From the UHGV virus genome UHGV-0149279: 14,924 bases of DNA; one strand, given 5' to 3'. The position numbers and the translations under genes are program-made. The notes below the pieces were generated by a model, which saw only the letters and a program-made list of their open reading frames with translations, made no database searches and was not told the origin of the DNA. Positions 1 to 7,319 of the stretch are shown one piece after another. The stretch comes from a virus. Each line of letters begins with the position of its first letter. The stretch's first letter is position 1.

Positions 1-273
1 CACCACTTCACCAGGCTTACCGGTGGCAATGGCATGGCCTGAGACATACAGGACTTTCCATGAAGCGAGGTCGCGCGACTTGCCAGCCCATTGCAATTGC
101 TTCGCTGTATCGCCACAGAGAGCGTGGAAGAGGTCGTTTTGGGCGAGAGTGCGGTCAGCCTCAGAAAACTTCACCACGAGCGGCAGAGCGTCGTTAACAG
201 GCAGCTTCCTGATGTAGTCGATGAGGTTATCGCGAACGCGTTCGTCGCGGAGGTAGAAAACAGGCTGTTTCAT
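1..273 (-). CDS. ninB: NinB/Orf-family recombination protein, 5' complete, 3' end beyond window edge
   Basis: Not in the ORF track because the frame runs off the window. Minus-strand ATG at 273-271 preceded by GGAGG; open frame to position 1. Translation MKQPVFYLRDERVRDNLIDYIRKLPVNDALPLVVKFSEADRTLAQNDLFHALCGDTAKQLQWAGKSRDLASWKVL... matches my recollection of lambda NinB (..RSLDQNRKLWACLGDVSRQVEWHGRWLDAESWK..). Confidence 0.65.
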   Translation of the reverse strand, partial: MKQPVFYLRDERVRDNLIDYIRKLPVNDALPLVVKFSEADRTLAQNDLFHALCGDTAKQLQWAGKSRDLASWKVLYVSGHAIATGKPGEVV

Positions 274-360
274 ACGCCACCTCCGAGAGGTAACGCAGAA
301 TACAGAAAATCGCAGGTGCATTTCTGCATCTGTGACAAGGTGAGAAGTTCATATTGTGGT

Positions 361-384
361 CGCATTTAAGTCCCCTTAAATGCG
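361..384. other. Perfect 10-bp inverted repeat with 4-nt loop (CGCATTTAAG-tccc-CTTAAATGCG) in the intergenic region upstream of ninB
   Basis: Seen directly in sequence; no T-run on either side, so not a canonical intrinsic terminator. Coordinates not anchored to an ORF boundary, +/-1. Confidence 0.35.
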
Positions 385-486
385 AAGAAGTCTGCCAGGG
401 TTGTTCAGGCCGCTGGCAGATTTATTATGGCTCGTTGATAGTGTTTTATCAAACGTTGCTTGACGTTTAGTTATGCGTCGAATGGG

Positions 487-822
487 TTAGGCATCATCCA
501 CCTCTGGCTTTTTGAAATTAGCCTCGATGGACTCTCCTAGGCGCTTTAACCAATCAGCCAGTTTGAGCGCCGCGTCTTCCGGAGTTTTCTGCCCCGGAAA
601 ATCAGTGATGATGATGCTGGCTTGATGATTACCAAACCCATCTCTGTTTATCACCATTCCCTGCTCAAGCACCGTCTTTTGGTTGCTGTGCTTAACGTAG
701 TAACGAGCCTCAGAGCTTCCAGTGCTGCGCTCTTTGACGTAAGAGACAAGCTCCACCTCAGTGGTGATGGTCTTACCACGCTCCGCCTCAAGACGCTGAA
801 TTCGCTTAACGAAATCGTTCAT
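487..822 (-). CDS. hypothetical phage protein (111 aa)
   Basis: ORF with AGGAGG 6-7 nt upstream of ATG; start overlaps upstream gene stop (ATGA). No recognised domain. Confidence 0.6.
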   Translation of the reverse strand: MNDFVKRIQRLEAERGKTITTEVELVSYVKERSTGSSEARYYVKHSNQKTVLEQGMVINRDGFGNHQASIIITDFPGQKTPEDAALKLADWLKRLGESIEANFKKPEVDDA

Positions 823-1463
823 TCGGCCTCCTGCTGCGGTGCTGCTGCCTGCTCAGCTGCCATAGCCGCATCGATTTGCTCGCGTAATTTAGTCGCGTGA
901 TAATCATCCTCTTCATCCGTGATGGTCTGCGACCAGAAAAGGCTATGGCTTCCGTAAACCATAGGCTCACGAACATCAACGGTTTTCGATACCAGCCAGT
1001 CCATGCGGCGTACGTCATCAGGAATCACCGGAGAGTTGCCACCCTGAACAGTAGGCATATCCGGACCTTTGCGAATCGCCCTGGCAAGATCGATTGGGTC
1101 ATCGTACAACCAGTCACCTGTTTGCGGATGATTGGCTTCTGCCAATTGTGCAGCCCACTCCAGGCCGTCTTTGTGTCCTTGCAGATAGTCCAGCGGTAAC
1201 TCATCACTATTACTTACAGGTTCGGCCTGAAGCATGGCGGCGCGATAGGCGTTCCAGCCATCAATATATGCTTGCGGTCTGCCAAACTCGCGCGGTCCAA
1301 TGTGTGCAGGCATTTCATCAGGCAATGGCGTCGGCGCTGGCGTAGCTGCGAGCATGGACATCAACGCGCAGATGGTGCCCTCGCTGATTTCAAACATATC
1401 ACTGGAGTTCTGCATCGATGCCTTCAGGCCTTCGATTAACTGTTCTTTAGTGAATTTGGTCAT
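819..1463 (-). CDS. hypothetical phage protein (214 aa)
   Basis: ORF with AGGGAGGG upstream of ATG at 1463; same orientation as the operon. No recognised domain. Confidence 0.6.
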   Translation of the reverse strand: MTKFTKEQLIEGLKASMQNSSDMFEISEGTICALMSMLAATPAPTPLPDEMPAHIGPREFGRPQAYIDGWNAYRAAMLQAEPVSNSDELPLDYLQGHKDGLEWAAQLAEANHPQTGDWLYDDPIDLARAIRKGPDMPTVQGGNSPVIPDDVRRMDWLVSKTVDVREPMVYGSHSLFWSQTITDEEDDYHATKLREQIDAAMAAEQAAAPQQEAE

Positions 1464-1466
1464 GGG

Positions 1467-1685
1467 TTAGCCCTCCCTGTATGGATTTAATTTGTTGTGC
1501 ATTTTTTTAAATGGTCCCCATACGATGGAGCTATACCACTCAGCTATCTTTTCTGCCTGTTCTCCTGCTAACCAGATGAGGACTATCGGTGATATTGGAA
1601 TCATTAAAATAAGAAAGAGAAGGAAAAATAGAGCCTCTTTAACACGGCTTTGGCGCGGATAATTCTTCAGGAATATTTTGGTCAC
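1467..1685 (-). CDS. small predicted membrane protein (72 aa or shorter)
   Basis: Clear hydrophobic helix ALFFLLFLILMIPISPIVLIWLAG; AT-rich DNA; first codon in track is GTG with weak RBS, so the start is uncertain. Confidence 0.4.
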   Translation of the reverse strand: MTKIFLKNYPRQSRVKEALFFLLFLILMIPISPIVLIWLAGEQAEKIAEWYSSIVWGPFKKMHNKLNPYREG

Positions 1686-2104
1686 AAGTTATCCCACTCT
1701 TGATACCGCTCGAACCAGAAAACAATTGGTCTCTCCACCACGGCGATAAGACCGAAACGCTCTGCCGTGCGGAAATTCATGCTGCTCTTGCGCCCACGAG
1801 CAACCTGAAGAGATACCTGCTTCCTGAACATTTCCAGGGAATAGGAAGTTTTCATCAGATTGCAGGGAGCGCACGCAGGGTAAAGGTTTTCCAGTCTCTC
1901 GGCTTCTGGTCGATATAGCTCACCGGTTGCCTTCAACTTGAAAATTCCTTGCGCCGCTGCCTTCATGCACTGCTCAGATTTACGTAGCACGGGTTCAACA
2001 TGGTCGGCATGCCAACCTTTCTCAGGAAGCTCACACCCACAATAAGCACAGCGACCACCGAACTTCATGCGCAGTTCTGCACGCTGTTTTTTCGTCAGTG
2101 CCAT
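1682..2104 (-). CDS. HNH endonuclease
   Basis: C-x2-C ... HADHV ... C-x2-CN arrangement (CAYCGC ... WHADHVEP ... CAPCNLMK) typical of HNH nucleases; start 1 nt after upstream stop. Confidence 0.75.
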   Translation of the reverse strand: MALTKKQRAELRMKFGGRCAYCGCELPEKGWHADHVEPVLRKSEQCMKAAAQGIFKLKATGELYRPEAERLENLYPACAPCNLMKTSYSLEMFRKQVSLQVARGRKSSMNFRTAERFGLIAVVERPIVFWFERYQEWDNL

Positions 2105-2105
2105 C

Positions 2106-2564
2106 TCATTCCCCCTTCACGCCAATGCCAGCGGCGCGGTCAATGCGTTCAATTTCTGCCAGAATAAGAGCGCCAGCTTTTACCAAGTCGCAGCGTGCTC
2201 CTGATTGCTTCCACCAATCAGGCGACCACGGCCAATGTGCTGGAGTGGAGAAACCTTGGTTGTGCGCATGAATTGCGTAACAAGCCGCTGCATCTGCTAA
2301 TTCGCTATTTTGATATGCGTTGTCATGTTCAGGAGTCCATCCTTCAACCGACTGTTGCCGCTGACGTTCGGCTACCACATCCAGAATTGCTGGATTGAAT
2401 GAACGCGCCTCCAGTTCTGCTATGCGCTTCTCTGCGGCTTCCAGCTCATCCAGCAGCCCCAGCACATCGCGAGTTTCCACGAACATATTCGGGTCGAAGT
2501 TATCAGCTGCTTTTGCTGCGGCTGATTTCAGTTTGTCGCGAGCCTGTTTGTCGATGTTGCTCAT
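2106..2564 (-). CDS. Ead/Ea22-like protein (coiled-coil N-terminus, conserved C-terminal domain)
   Basis: C-terminal EGWTPEHDNAYQNSELADAAACYA...WPWSPDWWKQSGARCDLVKAGALILAEIERIDRA resembles, from memory, the conserved domain of enterobacterial prophage Ead/Ea22-like proteins (DUF550; sometimes annotated dATP/dGTP pyrophosphohydrolase-like). ATGA overlap with upstream gene. Confidence 0.5.
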   Translation of the reverse strand: MSNIDKQARDKLKSAAAKAADNFDPNMFVETRDVLGLLDELEAAEKRIAELEARSFNPAILDVVAERQRQQSVEGWTPEHDNAYQNSELADAAACYAIHAHNQGFSTPAHWPWSPDWWKQSGARCDLVKAGALILAEIERIDRAAGIGVKGE

Positions 2565-3067
2565 TGCGCGTCCCCCTTGCGAATCTGGGCGGCGATGTCT
2601 TCGAGTACACCATCAGCGAACGAGCGATCGAAATCGCCTTCCGGCGCATCATCCATAAACTCTGTGGAGGTCAGTATCATTCGTGCGATGTCCGCAGCGT
2701 TCTTCGCTGTGTCTTCGATAAACCCAGCCTCCCATGCAGCCAGCATTCGGTTGGCAACAAAGTGAGCGCCTTCCTTGTGGGCTTGCGCCCGCACTTCAGC
2801 CAGGAAAGCCTGGTACGCAGGAATCTGCAGCACAGCCAGAGCTCCGATAATCTTCTGTACTTCTGGATGGCATTGATCGTAATGAGCATCGGTGATGAAC
2901 ACCGCGTCATTGTGAATTGCTTCAATTGCACTCAACTCCGCAGCCAGCGCCGCGCACTTGGCTTCAACCACGTTAAGGAGAGTCGTAACTTCTGCCGGTG
3001 ACATGTGCTCACCACAATCGGCATTCATCCTGGCGCTTTTAATCAGATCTTCGTATTTATTGCTCAT
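2561..3067 (-). CDS. hypothetical phage protein (168 aa from ATG at 3067)
   Basis: Track ORF 2561..3124; preferred start MSNKYEDL at 3067 has GGGAGGG RBS and ATGA overlap with upstream stop. No recognised domain. Confidence 0.55.
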   Translation of the reverse strand: MSNKYEDLIKSARMNADCGEHMSPAEVTTLLNVVEAKCAALAAELSAIEAIHNDAVFITDAHYDQCHPEVQKIIGALAVLQIPAYQAFLAEVRAQAHKEGAHFVANRMLAAWEAGFIEDTAKNAADIARMILTSTEFMDDAPEGDFDRSFADGVLEDIAAQIRKGDAQ

Positions 3068-3408
3068 ACCCCTGCCCTCCCCCAAACCATCAATACTCGC
3101 TTCATCGCCGCGCTGTTGCGGCACTCCTGGCAGATCACGTTTGCCTCTGTACGCTGCACCAGCTTCGAATTTCCCTTCGGCATAGCCGGGATTGTTTCTG
3201 GTGCGTATTTCATGCCGTAATCGGTCAGCCGATAAAGCCGCTGTCCGTGCTTGCCTTCGAACTCGATCAGGCCGTCTGCCAGCAGCGTGCTTAACGGGCC
3301 GGAAATCTTTTTTGTGGTCATGCCGATCATGCTGGCAATACGAGCACTATTCAGCCCTGGGTTATTGCGCAGGGCCGCCAGCACCTGCTCACGGATTGTT
3401 ATGGTCAT
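3064..3408 (-). CDS. winged-helix DNA-binding protein (about 114 aa)
   Basis: Track ORF 3064..3456; preferred start MTITIREQVLAALRNNPGLNSARIASMIGMTTKKISGPLSTLLADGLIE (HTH-like) at 3408 overlaps DnaC-like stop (ATGA). C-terminal CQEC motif. Confidence 0.5.
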   Translation of the reverse strand: MTITIREQVLAALRNNPGLNSARIASMIGMTTKKISGPLSTLLADGLIEFEGKHGQRLYRLTDYGMKYAPETIPAMPKGNSKLVQRTEANVICQECRNSAAMKRVLMVWGRAGV

Positions 3409-4259
3409 GCTGCCCCCTTGGAACGGTAAGAATCCCAGGTGAATGACAGCGTGCACCCGCCGCCGTCGCTCATGCGGTCAATAACACGCTCACTCACGAA
3501 CGCTGCCAACTCTTCTTTGGTCTGGTTGCTGATCAGGATGGTCGGCTTCATCCGCTCGTACCGGGTGTTGATGATTTCGAACATGATCAGCTTCTCGGCC
3601 TCGCTGCCGAACTGGACGCCAACCTCGTCGATGATCAAAAGGTCCGGAGTGGTGAAGTGCGCAATCACGTCGTTCTCGCTGCGCGTCGCAGTTTTCGACC
3701 ACGTTGATTTGAACTCACGGGCAATCTTCAGCGCGGTGGTAAAAATTACCGGGCTCTGGTGTTTCTCGATGACATCACGGGCGATCGCCAGGGCAAGGTG
3801 GTTTTTACCGGTTCCCGGCTTGCCGCACATCACCAGACCACCTCCCTGCTTCAGCCGCTCGGGCCACTTAGCGGCATACGCCTGACAAACCCGCAGCGCA
3901 CGTTCTGACTCCTTGCCAACCGGCTGATAGTTTTCCAGCGTGCACGTCACAAAGCGCTCAGGGATTTCGAGCTGACGCAGCAGGCGATCGATGTTCTGCT
4001 GGCGAGTGCGGTCTTCCCAACGCTTTTTCTCGTCATACAGGAAGCTCAGCTCATCGCGAAGGCAGCCCGGACAACGAGTCGGCGGCGACGGCAGCTTGAT
4101 TAGGCTGCTGGTAAGCACGCGTTTACGCTGTTCGTATTCGCCGTGTTTCTCGCAAAGCACCGTTTCGAAGACGGTCTCGCAGTTAGGGAGTTGCTCTGGC
4201 GGCCTGCCGAGAACTTCCAGCATTTTTTCGATAGCGTCGATTTTTTCGAGCAGCTCCAT
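3405..4259 (-). CDS. DnaC-like helicase loader (IstB-like AAA+ ATPase), lambda P functional analogue
   Basis: Walker A GKPGTGKNHLA and Walker B LLIIDEVG; N-terminal Cys pairs; preferred start MELLEKID at 4259 with GAGGG RBS just after O stop (track start 4277). Confidence 0.85.
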   Translation of the reverse strand: MELLEKIDAIEKMLEVLGRPPEQLPNCETVFETVLCEKHGEYEQRKRVLTSSLIKLPSPPTRCPGCLRDELSFLYDEKKRWEDRTRQQNIDRLLRQLEIPERFVTCTLENYQPVGKESERALRVCQAYAAKWPERLKQGGGLVMCGKPGTGKNHLALAIARDVIEKHQSPVIFTTALKIAREFKSTWSKTATRSENDVIAHFTTPDLLIIDEVGVQFGSEAEKLIMFEIINTRYERMKPTILISNQTKEELAAFVSERVIDRMSDGGGCTLSFTWDSYRSKGAA

Positions 4260-4261
4260 AC

Positions 4262-5116
4262 TCAGTCCCTCGCCCATGACGGGATTTCAGTCTGGCCATA
4301 GTCCTTGCCAGCGAAGTTCTCGGATACGCGAGTCTGATTGCGGGCTGGCTGCTTGATGCCTTTCGGTTCAAACAATCCCTGCCAGCCGTTCGCAATGCTC
4401 TGGTTGATGATTTCTTCAGGCTGGTATCCGCTGCACTTGCAACGCTCAAGCAGGTTGATGGCCTGGGTTACCGTCTGCTGAGACTTAATCGGTTTCTTCA
4501 GGTCGCGACGATAATCGACCCATGACTTCCAGACTGAAACTGACAGCCATTCAGGAAGGTCAACACCAGCCGGATCGAACGAAGCCGGTTTGGGGGATTT
4601 AGGGGGTTTATTAATATTGTCTTTATTGTCTTTTGTATGTTTGTCTTTTGTGTTTACCTTATTTGGGTAAGTGTCGTTACCTGATTCGGGTAAACATTCC
4701 TTACCTGATTCAGGTAAATTTACCTCTTTCAGGTAACGTTTATTTTCATTACCTGTTTTTGGTAATTTCACCCATTCACTAACCGTTTTGTTAATGCCGA
4801 CAGAACGCCCGATTTGGGTAAATACTCCACGCTTCACTAACGAGCTTTTAGCAGCAGAGCATTTGTGCGGAAGAATGCCGGTGAGGGCAGATAACTGATC
4901 GTTACTAACCCAGTCAGCTTTTTTGTTGAAACCGTATGTTTTACGCATTACAGCCATGAAGACCAGCAACTGATGCTGAGACAATCCAGCCAGCATGACA
5001 GCCTCCAGAAGTTCATTGGCAATACGCGTATAGCCATCATCAAGATCTGCCACGCGCGGCTCCACGACCTGCAAATCAGGCCTGATTGGTGAGATATTGT
5101 TAATTGCTAAGTTCAT
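4262..5116 (-). CDS. O: replication initiation protein O
   Basis: N-terminus [20 protein letters not shown]...RKTYGFNK matches recalled lambda O ([19 protein letters not shown]...RKTYGWNK). Preferred ATG at 5116 with GGGGAGG RBS (track start 5200). Internal iterons, see repeat feature. Confidence 0.85.
   Translation of the reverse strand: MNLAINNISPIRPDLQVVEPRVADLDDGYTRIANELLEAVMLAGLSQHQLLVFMAVMRKTYGFNKKADWVSNDQLSALTGILPHKCSAAKSSLVKRGVFTQIGRSVGINKTVSEWVKLPKTGNENKRYLKEVNLPESGKECLPESGNDTYPNKVNTKDKHTKDNKDNINKPPKSPKPASFDPAGVDLPEWLSVSVWKSWVDYRRDLKKPIKSQQTVTQAINLLERCKCSGYQPEEIINQSIANGWQGLFEPKGIKQPARNQTRVSENFAGKDYGQTEIPSWARD
4654..4765. repeat. replication origin iterons: five 17-bp repeats TTACC-N7-GGTAA, with adjacent AT-rich tract at about 4600-4653
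   Basis: Copies at about 4654-4670, 4677-4693, 4701-4717, 4720-4736, 4749-4765 (TTACCTTATTTGGGTAA, TTACCTGATTCGGGTAA, TTACCTGATTCAGGTAA, TTACCTCTTTCAGGTAA, TTACCTGTTTTTGGTAA), inside the O coding sequence as in ori-lambda. Coordinates +/-1. Confidence 0.6.
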
Positions 5117-5294
5117 CAGCAGCCTCCCCGCCTTTCTTGAAGATGATTTCGACACAAAGCAGAATGCAGTTATCGCAGATAGCAACGCCTGGACCGGCAA
5201 CTATGGTTTTCACGTCGCTATCGATATTGCTTCTGTCGCAGAAAGAGCATTTATGAGTTGCGTGCTGATTTGCCTTTTCGTTTATTACTGGCAT
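5100..5294 (-). CDS. small ClpX-type C4 zinc-finger (ZBD-like) protein, about 64 aa
   Basis: [28 protein letters not shown] = C-x2-C-x21-C-x2-C with the internal GP, matching the ClpX N-terminal zinc-binding domain pattern (recalled CSFCGK...GP.VYICDEC). Preferred ATG at 5294 with GGGAG RBS (track start 5321 is GTG). 3' end overlaps O start. Confidence 0.55.
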   Translation of the reverse strand: MPVINEKANQHATHKCSFCDRSNIDSDVKTIVAGPGVAICDNCILLCVEIIFKKGGEAADELSN

Positions 5295-5379
5295 ACTTAC
5301 TCCCGTTACTTGGCGTAACACAGTGTGATAAGGGCCTTTGAAGTGACCGCTTCAAGGGCTTTTTCTTTTCTGGTGCCTC

Positions 5380-5925
5380 TCACATGACCCCCAACATCGA
5401 AGTGACCATCGTCATCAGCGGGCCTACCTGCTCCGGCATGAGGCGGAACAGCGACGCTATACCCTCGCTTACCTCTTTCAGCTTCTGATGCTCTGGAGCG
5501 TCCAGCAGCACAGCCTGTTTAGCTTCGGCACACTCTTTCATCGCAGAGGCGATCAGAGACATCGTGTCGTTCTGCGGCGCCAGGCGGTTGCGGTACTCCA
5601 GCGGAAGGACCGACATGATTGCTGGCGCCAGCTGGCGAATGTTGTTGGCGGCGTATTCGGTGTCGCCATCAATCCAGCGAAACACTTTCTGCATCTGGCG
5701 GTGCGAGTCAGTCGGGATATCCAGACCGGTTCCGCCGGACGCCCGCCACTCTTCAACAATCAGCGCTGCGACAAATTCACGGCTGCGGCAGTCAGCTGCC
5801 CAGGCCCGAACAGCTGCGCGGATCCCATCGATGTTTAACGCCGTGGAATCAGGTTCCCGGCGATTCTGGTAAATCATCGCCGCTGGCGAAAATTTGTTAC
5901 CTTGTTGATACGCAAGTGAATGCAT
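5380..5925 (-). CDS. YdaT-like protein (Rac-type, occupies the cII position)
   Basis: Immediately downstream of the cro-like gene. Central segment VFRWIDGDTEYAANNIRQLAPAIMSVLPLEYRNRL resembles my recollection of Rac YdaT; similarity is from memory only. RBS GGGAAAG. Confidence 0.45.
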   Translation of the reverse strand: MHSLAYQQGNKFSPAAMIYQNRREPDSTALNIDGIRAAVRAWAADCRSREFVAALIVEEWRASGGTGLDIPTDSHRQMQKVFRWIDGDTEYAANNIRQLAPAIMSVLPLEYRNRLAPQNDTMSLIASAMKECAEAKQAVLLDAPEHQKLKEVSEGIASLFRLMPEQVGPLMTMVTSMLGVM

Positions 5926-5955
5926 TGCTTTCCCTTTCGTGGTTAGGGCCGCCGG

Positions 5956-6201
5956 TCAGGCGGCTGTCGATTCATTTTTAATTCGGTCAGGGTTTGCAGC
6001 CTGTAGTAGCCACTCTGCCGTAAACTGCCCTTTTGATGCGTCAGCCAAAAGCTGTGAATAGTTGGTTTTCTCTGTGTACTCAGTGCGAGGCAACGCCGCG
6101 TTCTTTACCCACTTGTGAATAGCAACATTCGACAGACCACATAGGCGTGCCGCTGCGGTTTGTCCGCCTACAGCTTCGATTGCAAATTGCATTGGGTTCA
6201 T
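5956..6201 (-). CDS. Cro-like HTH regulator (YdaS family)
   Basis: 81 aa, divergent from cI; AVGGQTAAARLCGLSNVAIHKW fits the YdaS/Cro-type HTH pattern (A..GGQ.A.ARL.G.S...V..W). Confidence 0.65.
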   Translation of the reverse strand: MNPMQFAIEAVGGQTAAARLCGLSNVAIHKWVKNAALPRTEYTEKTNYSQLLADASKGQFTAEWLLQAANPDRIKNESTAA

Positions 6202-6285
6202 AGTGTTTTCCGTTAACTATATTAACTACAAGTTAAGGTTATATCTTAACTGACAGTTATGTCAACTCTAATTGATAATTAACAC
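6202..6285. promoter_or_regulatory. OR-like operator/promoter region between cro-like gene and cI
   Basis: Two palindromes TTAAC-N5-GTTAA: TTAACTACAAGTTAA (6222-6236) and TTAACTGACAGTTAT (6246-6260), plus extra TTAAC half-sites at 6213-6226. Candidate PR on minus strand: -35 TTGACA (reverse complement of 6260-6265), 16-bp spacer, -10 TATAAC (reverse complement of 6238-6243). Candidate PRM on plus strand: -35 CTGACA 6250-6255, -10 GATAAT 6274-6279, predicted start at or near the cI ATG (leaderless; no SD upstream of cI). Coordinates anchored to cro and cI start codons. Confidence 0.6.
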
Positions 6286-7053
6286 ATGGTTAAAAAAGAC
6301 GATTTAAAAGAAGAATTCTCGAAGAGACTTCGCGCTGCATTGCTTGATGCTGGCGTGGGTGGGCGTGGGCAGGCTGGCAGGATCAGGGAAGCTATGAAGT
6401 CCCAAGGGATTGCTGTATCTGAGCCCGGGATCTGGAAGTGGCTTAACGCATCAGCAATACCAGACCAAACCAATATCCTTGCACTTAGCCGCTGGCTTGG
6501 GGTTCGCCCTGAGTGGCTGGAATACGGAAGGAATGATCCTGAACCTGAACTGCACAGGGTATCATCCATCCCGCCTGAATCTGAGTGGGGAACTGTCGAC
6601 GCTTGGGACAAAAATACCCCCCTACCTGACGATGAGGTGGAAGTACCGTTTCTGAAGGATATCGAGTTTGCGTGTGGTGATGGGCGTGTTCATAGCGAAG
6701 ATCATAACGGCTTTAAACTGAGGTTCTCCAAGGCAACGCTCAGAAGGGTGGGTGCAAATAGTGATGGTTCTGGAGTGCTTTGCTTTCCCGCTTCTGGTGA
6801 CAGCATGGAGCCCGTTATTCCTGACGGCGCAACGGTAGCAGTCGATACAGGCAACAAGCGGATTATTGACGGCGAACTCTATGCTATTAACCAGGGCGAT
6901 TTAAAGCGCATAAAGCAGCTTTATCGAAAGCCTGGTGGGAAGCTATTAATACGAAGCATCAATCGCGATTATGACGATGAAGAGGCTGATGAGGCAGATG
7001 TCGAGATAATCGGTTTTGTGTTCTGGTACTCGGTATTGCGATATCGCCGATAA
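6286..7053 (+). CDS. cI: CI-type prophage repressor (N-terminal HTH, C-terminal S24 LexA-like peptidase domain)
   Basis: C-terminal GDSMEP (Ser nucleophile) and downstream DLKRIKQLY (Lys) as in LexA/CI autocleaving repressors; N-terminal HTH-like region; divergent from cro-like gene. Confidence 0.85.
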   Translation: MVKKDDLKEEFSKRLRAALLDAGVGGRGQAGRIREAMKSQGIAVSEPGIWKWLNASAIPDQTNILALSRWLGVRPEWLEYGRNDPEPELHRVSSIPPESEWGTVDAWDKNTPLPDDEVEVPFLKDIEFACGDGRVHSEDHNGFKLRFSKATLRRVGANSDGSGVLCFPASGDSMEPVIPDGATVAVDTGNKRIIDGELYAINQGDLKRIKQLYRKPGGKLLIRSINRDYDDEEADEADVEIIGFVFWYSVLRYRR

Positions 7054-7058
7054 TTTTA

Positions 7059-7171
7059 GTGGCCTGAAGAGACGTTTGGGTGATAAGAGAATATCTGATA
7101 GTAGGCGTGGTTACTTTGCTCTCGGTTGTTGCGATCGTGCTTATGGTGGCCTGATGAGACGTTTGGGTGAT
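7059..7171 (+). repeat. two copies of a 26-bp direct repeat GTGGCCTGA(A/T)GAGACGTTTGGGTGAT at 7059-7084 and 7146-7171
   Basis: 25/26 identical, 87 bp apart, immediately after the cI stop (7051-7053) and before the AT-rich cassette. Confidence 0.6.
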
Positions 7172-7319
7172 GGGCAAGGTGTTCTGGTCGGCGCATAGCT
7201 GGTGAAAAAATTATTTAATGCGGTGTATTGGCTGATTGTAACCCCATGTAACATCTTGCCGTCACCATTTCGGTGGTTAGATTTTTAATAAAAAAAACAA
7301 ATGTATAGCAAGGTTTTTT

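Noticed and set aside
23-369. Plus-strand ORFs 23..217 and 91..369
   Set aside because: Antisense to the well-supported ninB reading frame (RBS, family match); no RBS of their own.
2195-3001. Plus-strand ORFs 2195..2398, 2395..2658, 2399..3001, 2577..2765
   Set aside because: Antisense to the tightly coupled minus-strand operon (Ead-like and hypothetical genes); Ser/Ala/Arg-rich translations without RBSs.
7146-7171. CTGATGAG in the second direct repeat resembling a hammerhead ribozyme core box
   Set aside because: No adjacent stem II hairpin or GAAA box in suitable positions, and the first repeat copy has CTGAAGAG; likely coincidence.
7016-7198. 60-aa plus-strand ORF spanning both 26-bp direct repeats
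   Set aside because: Starts inside cI, has no RBS, and its only notable feature (repeated RRLGD peptide) is a consequence of the DNA repeat; treated as a non-coding repeat region.
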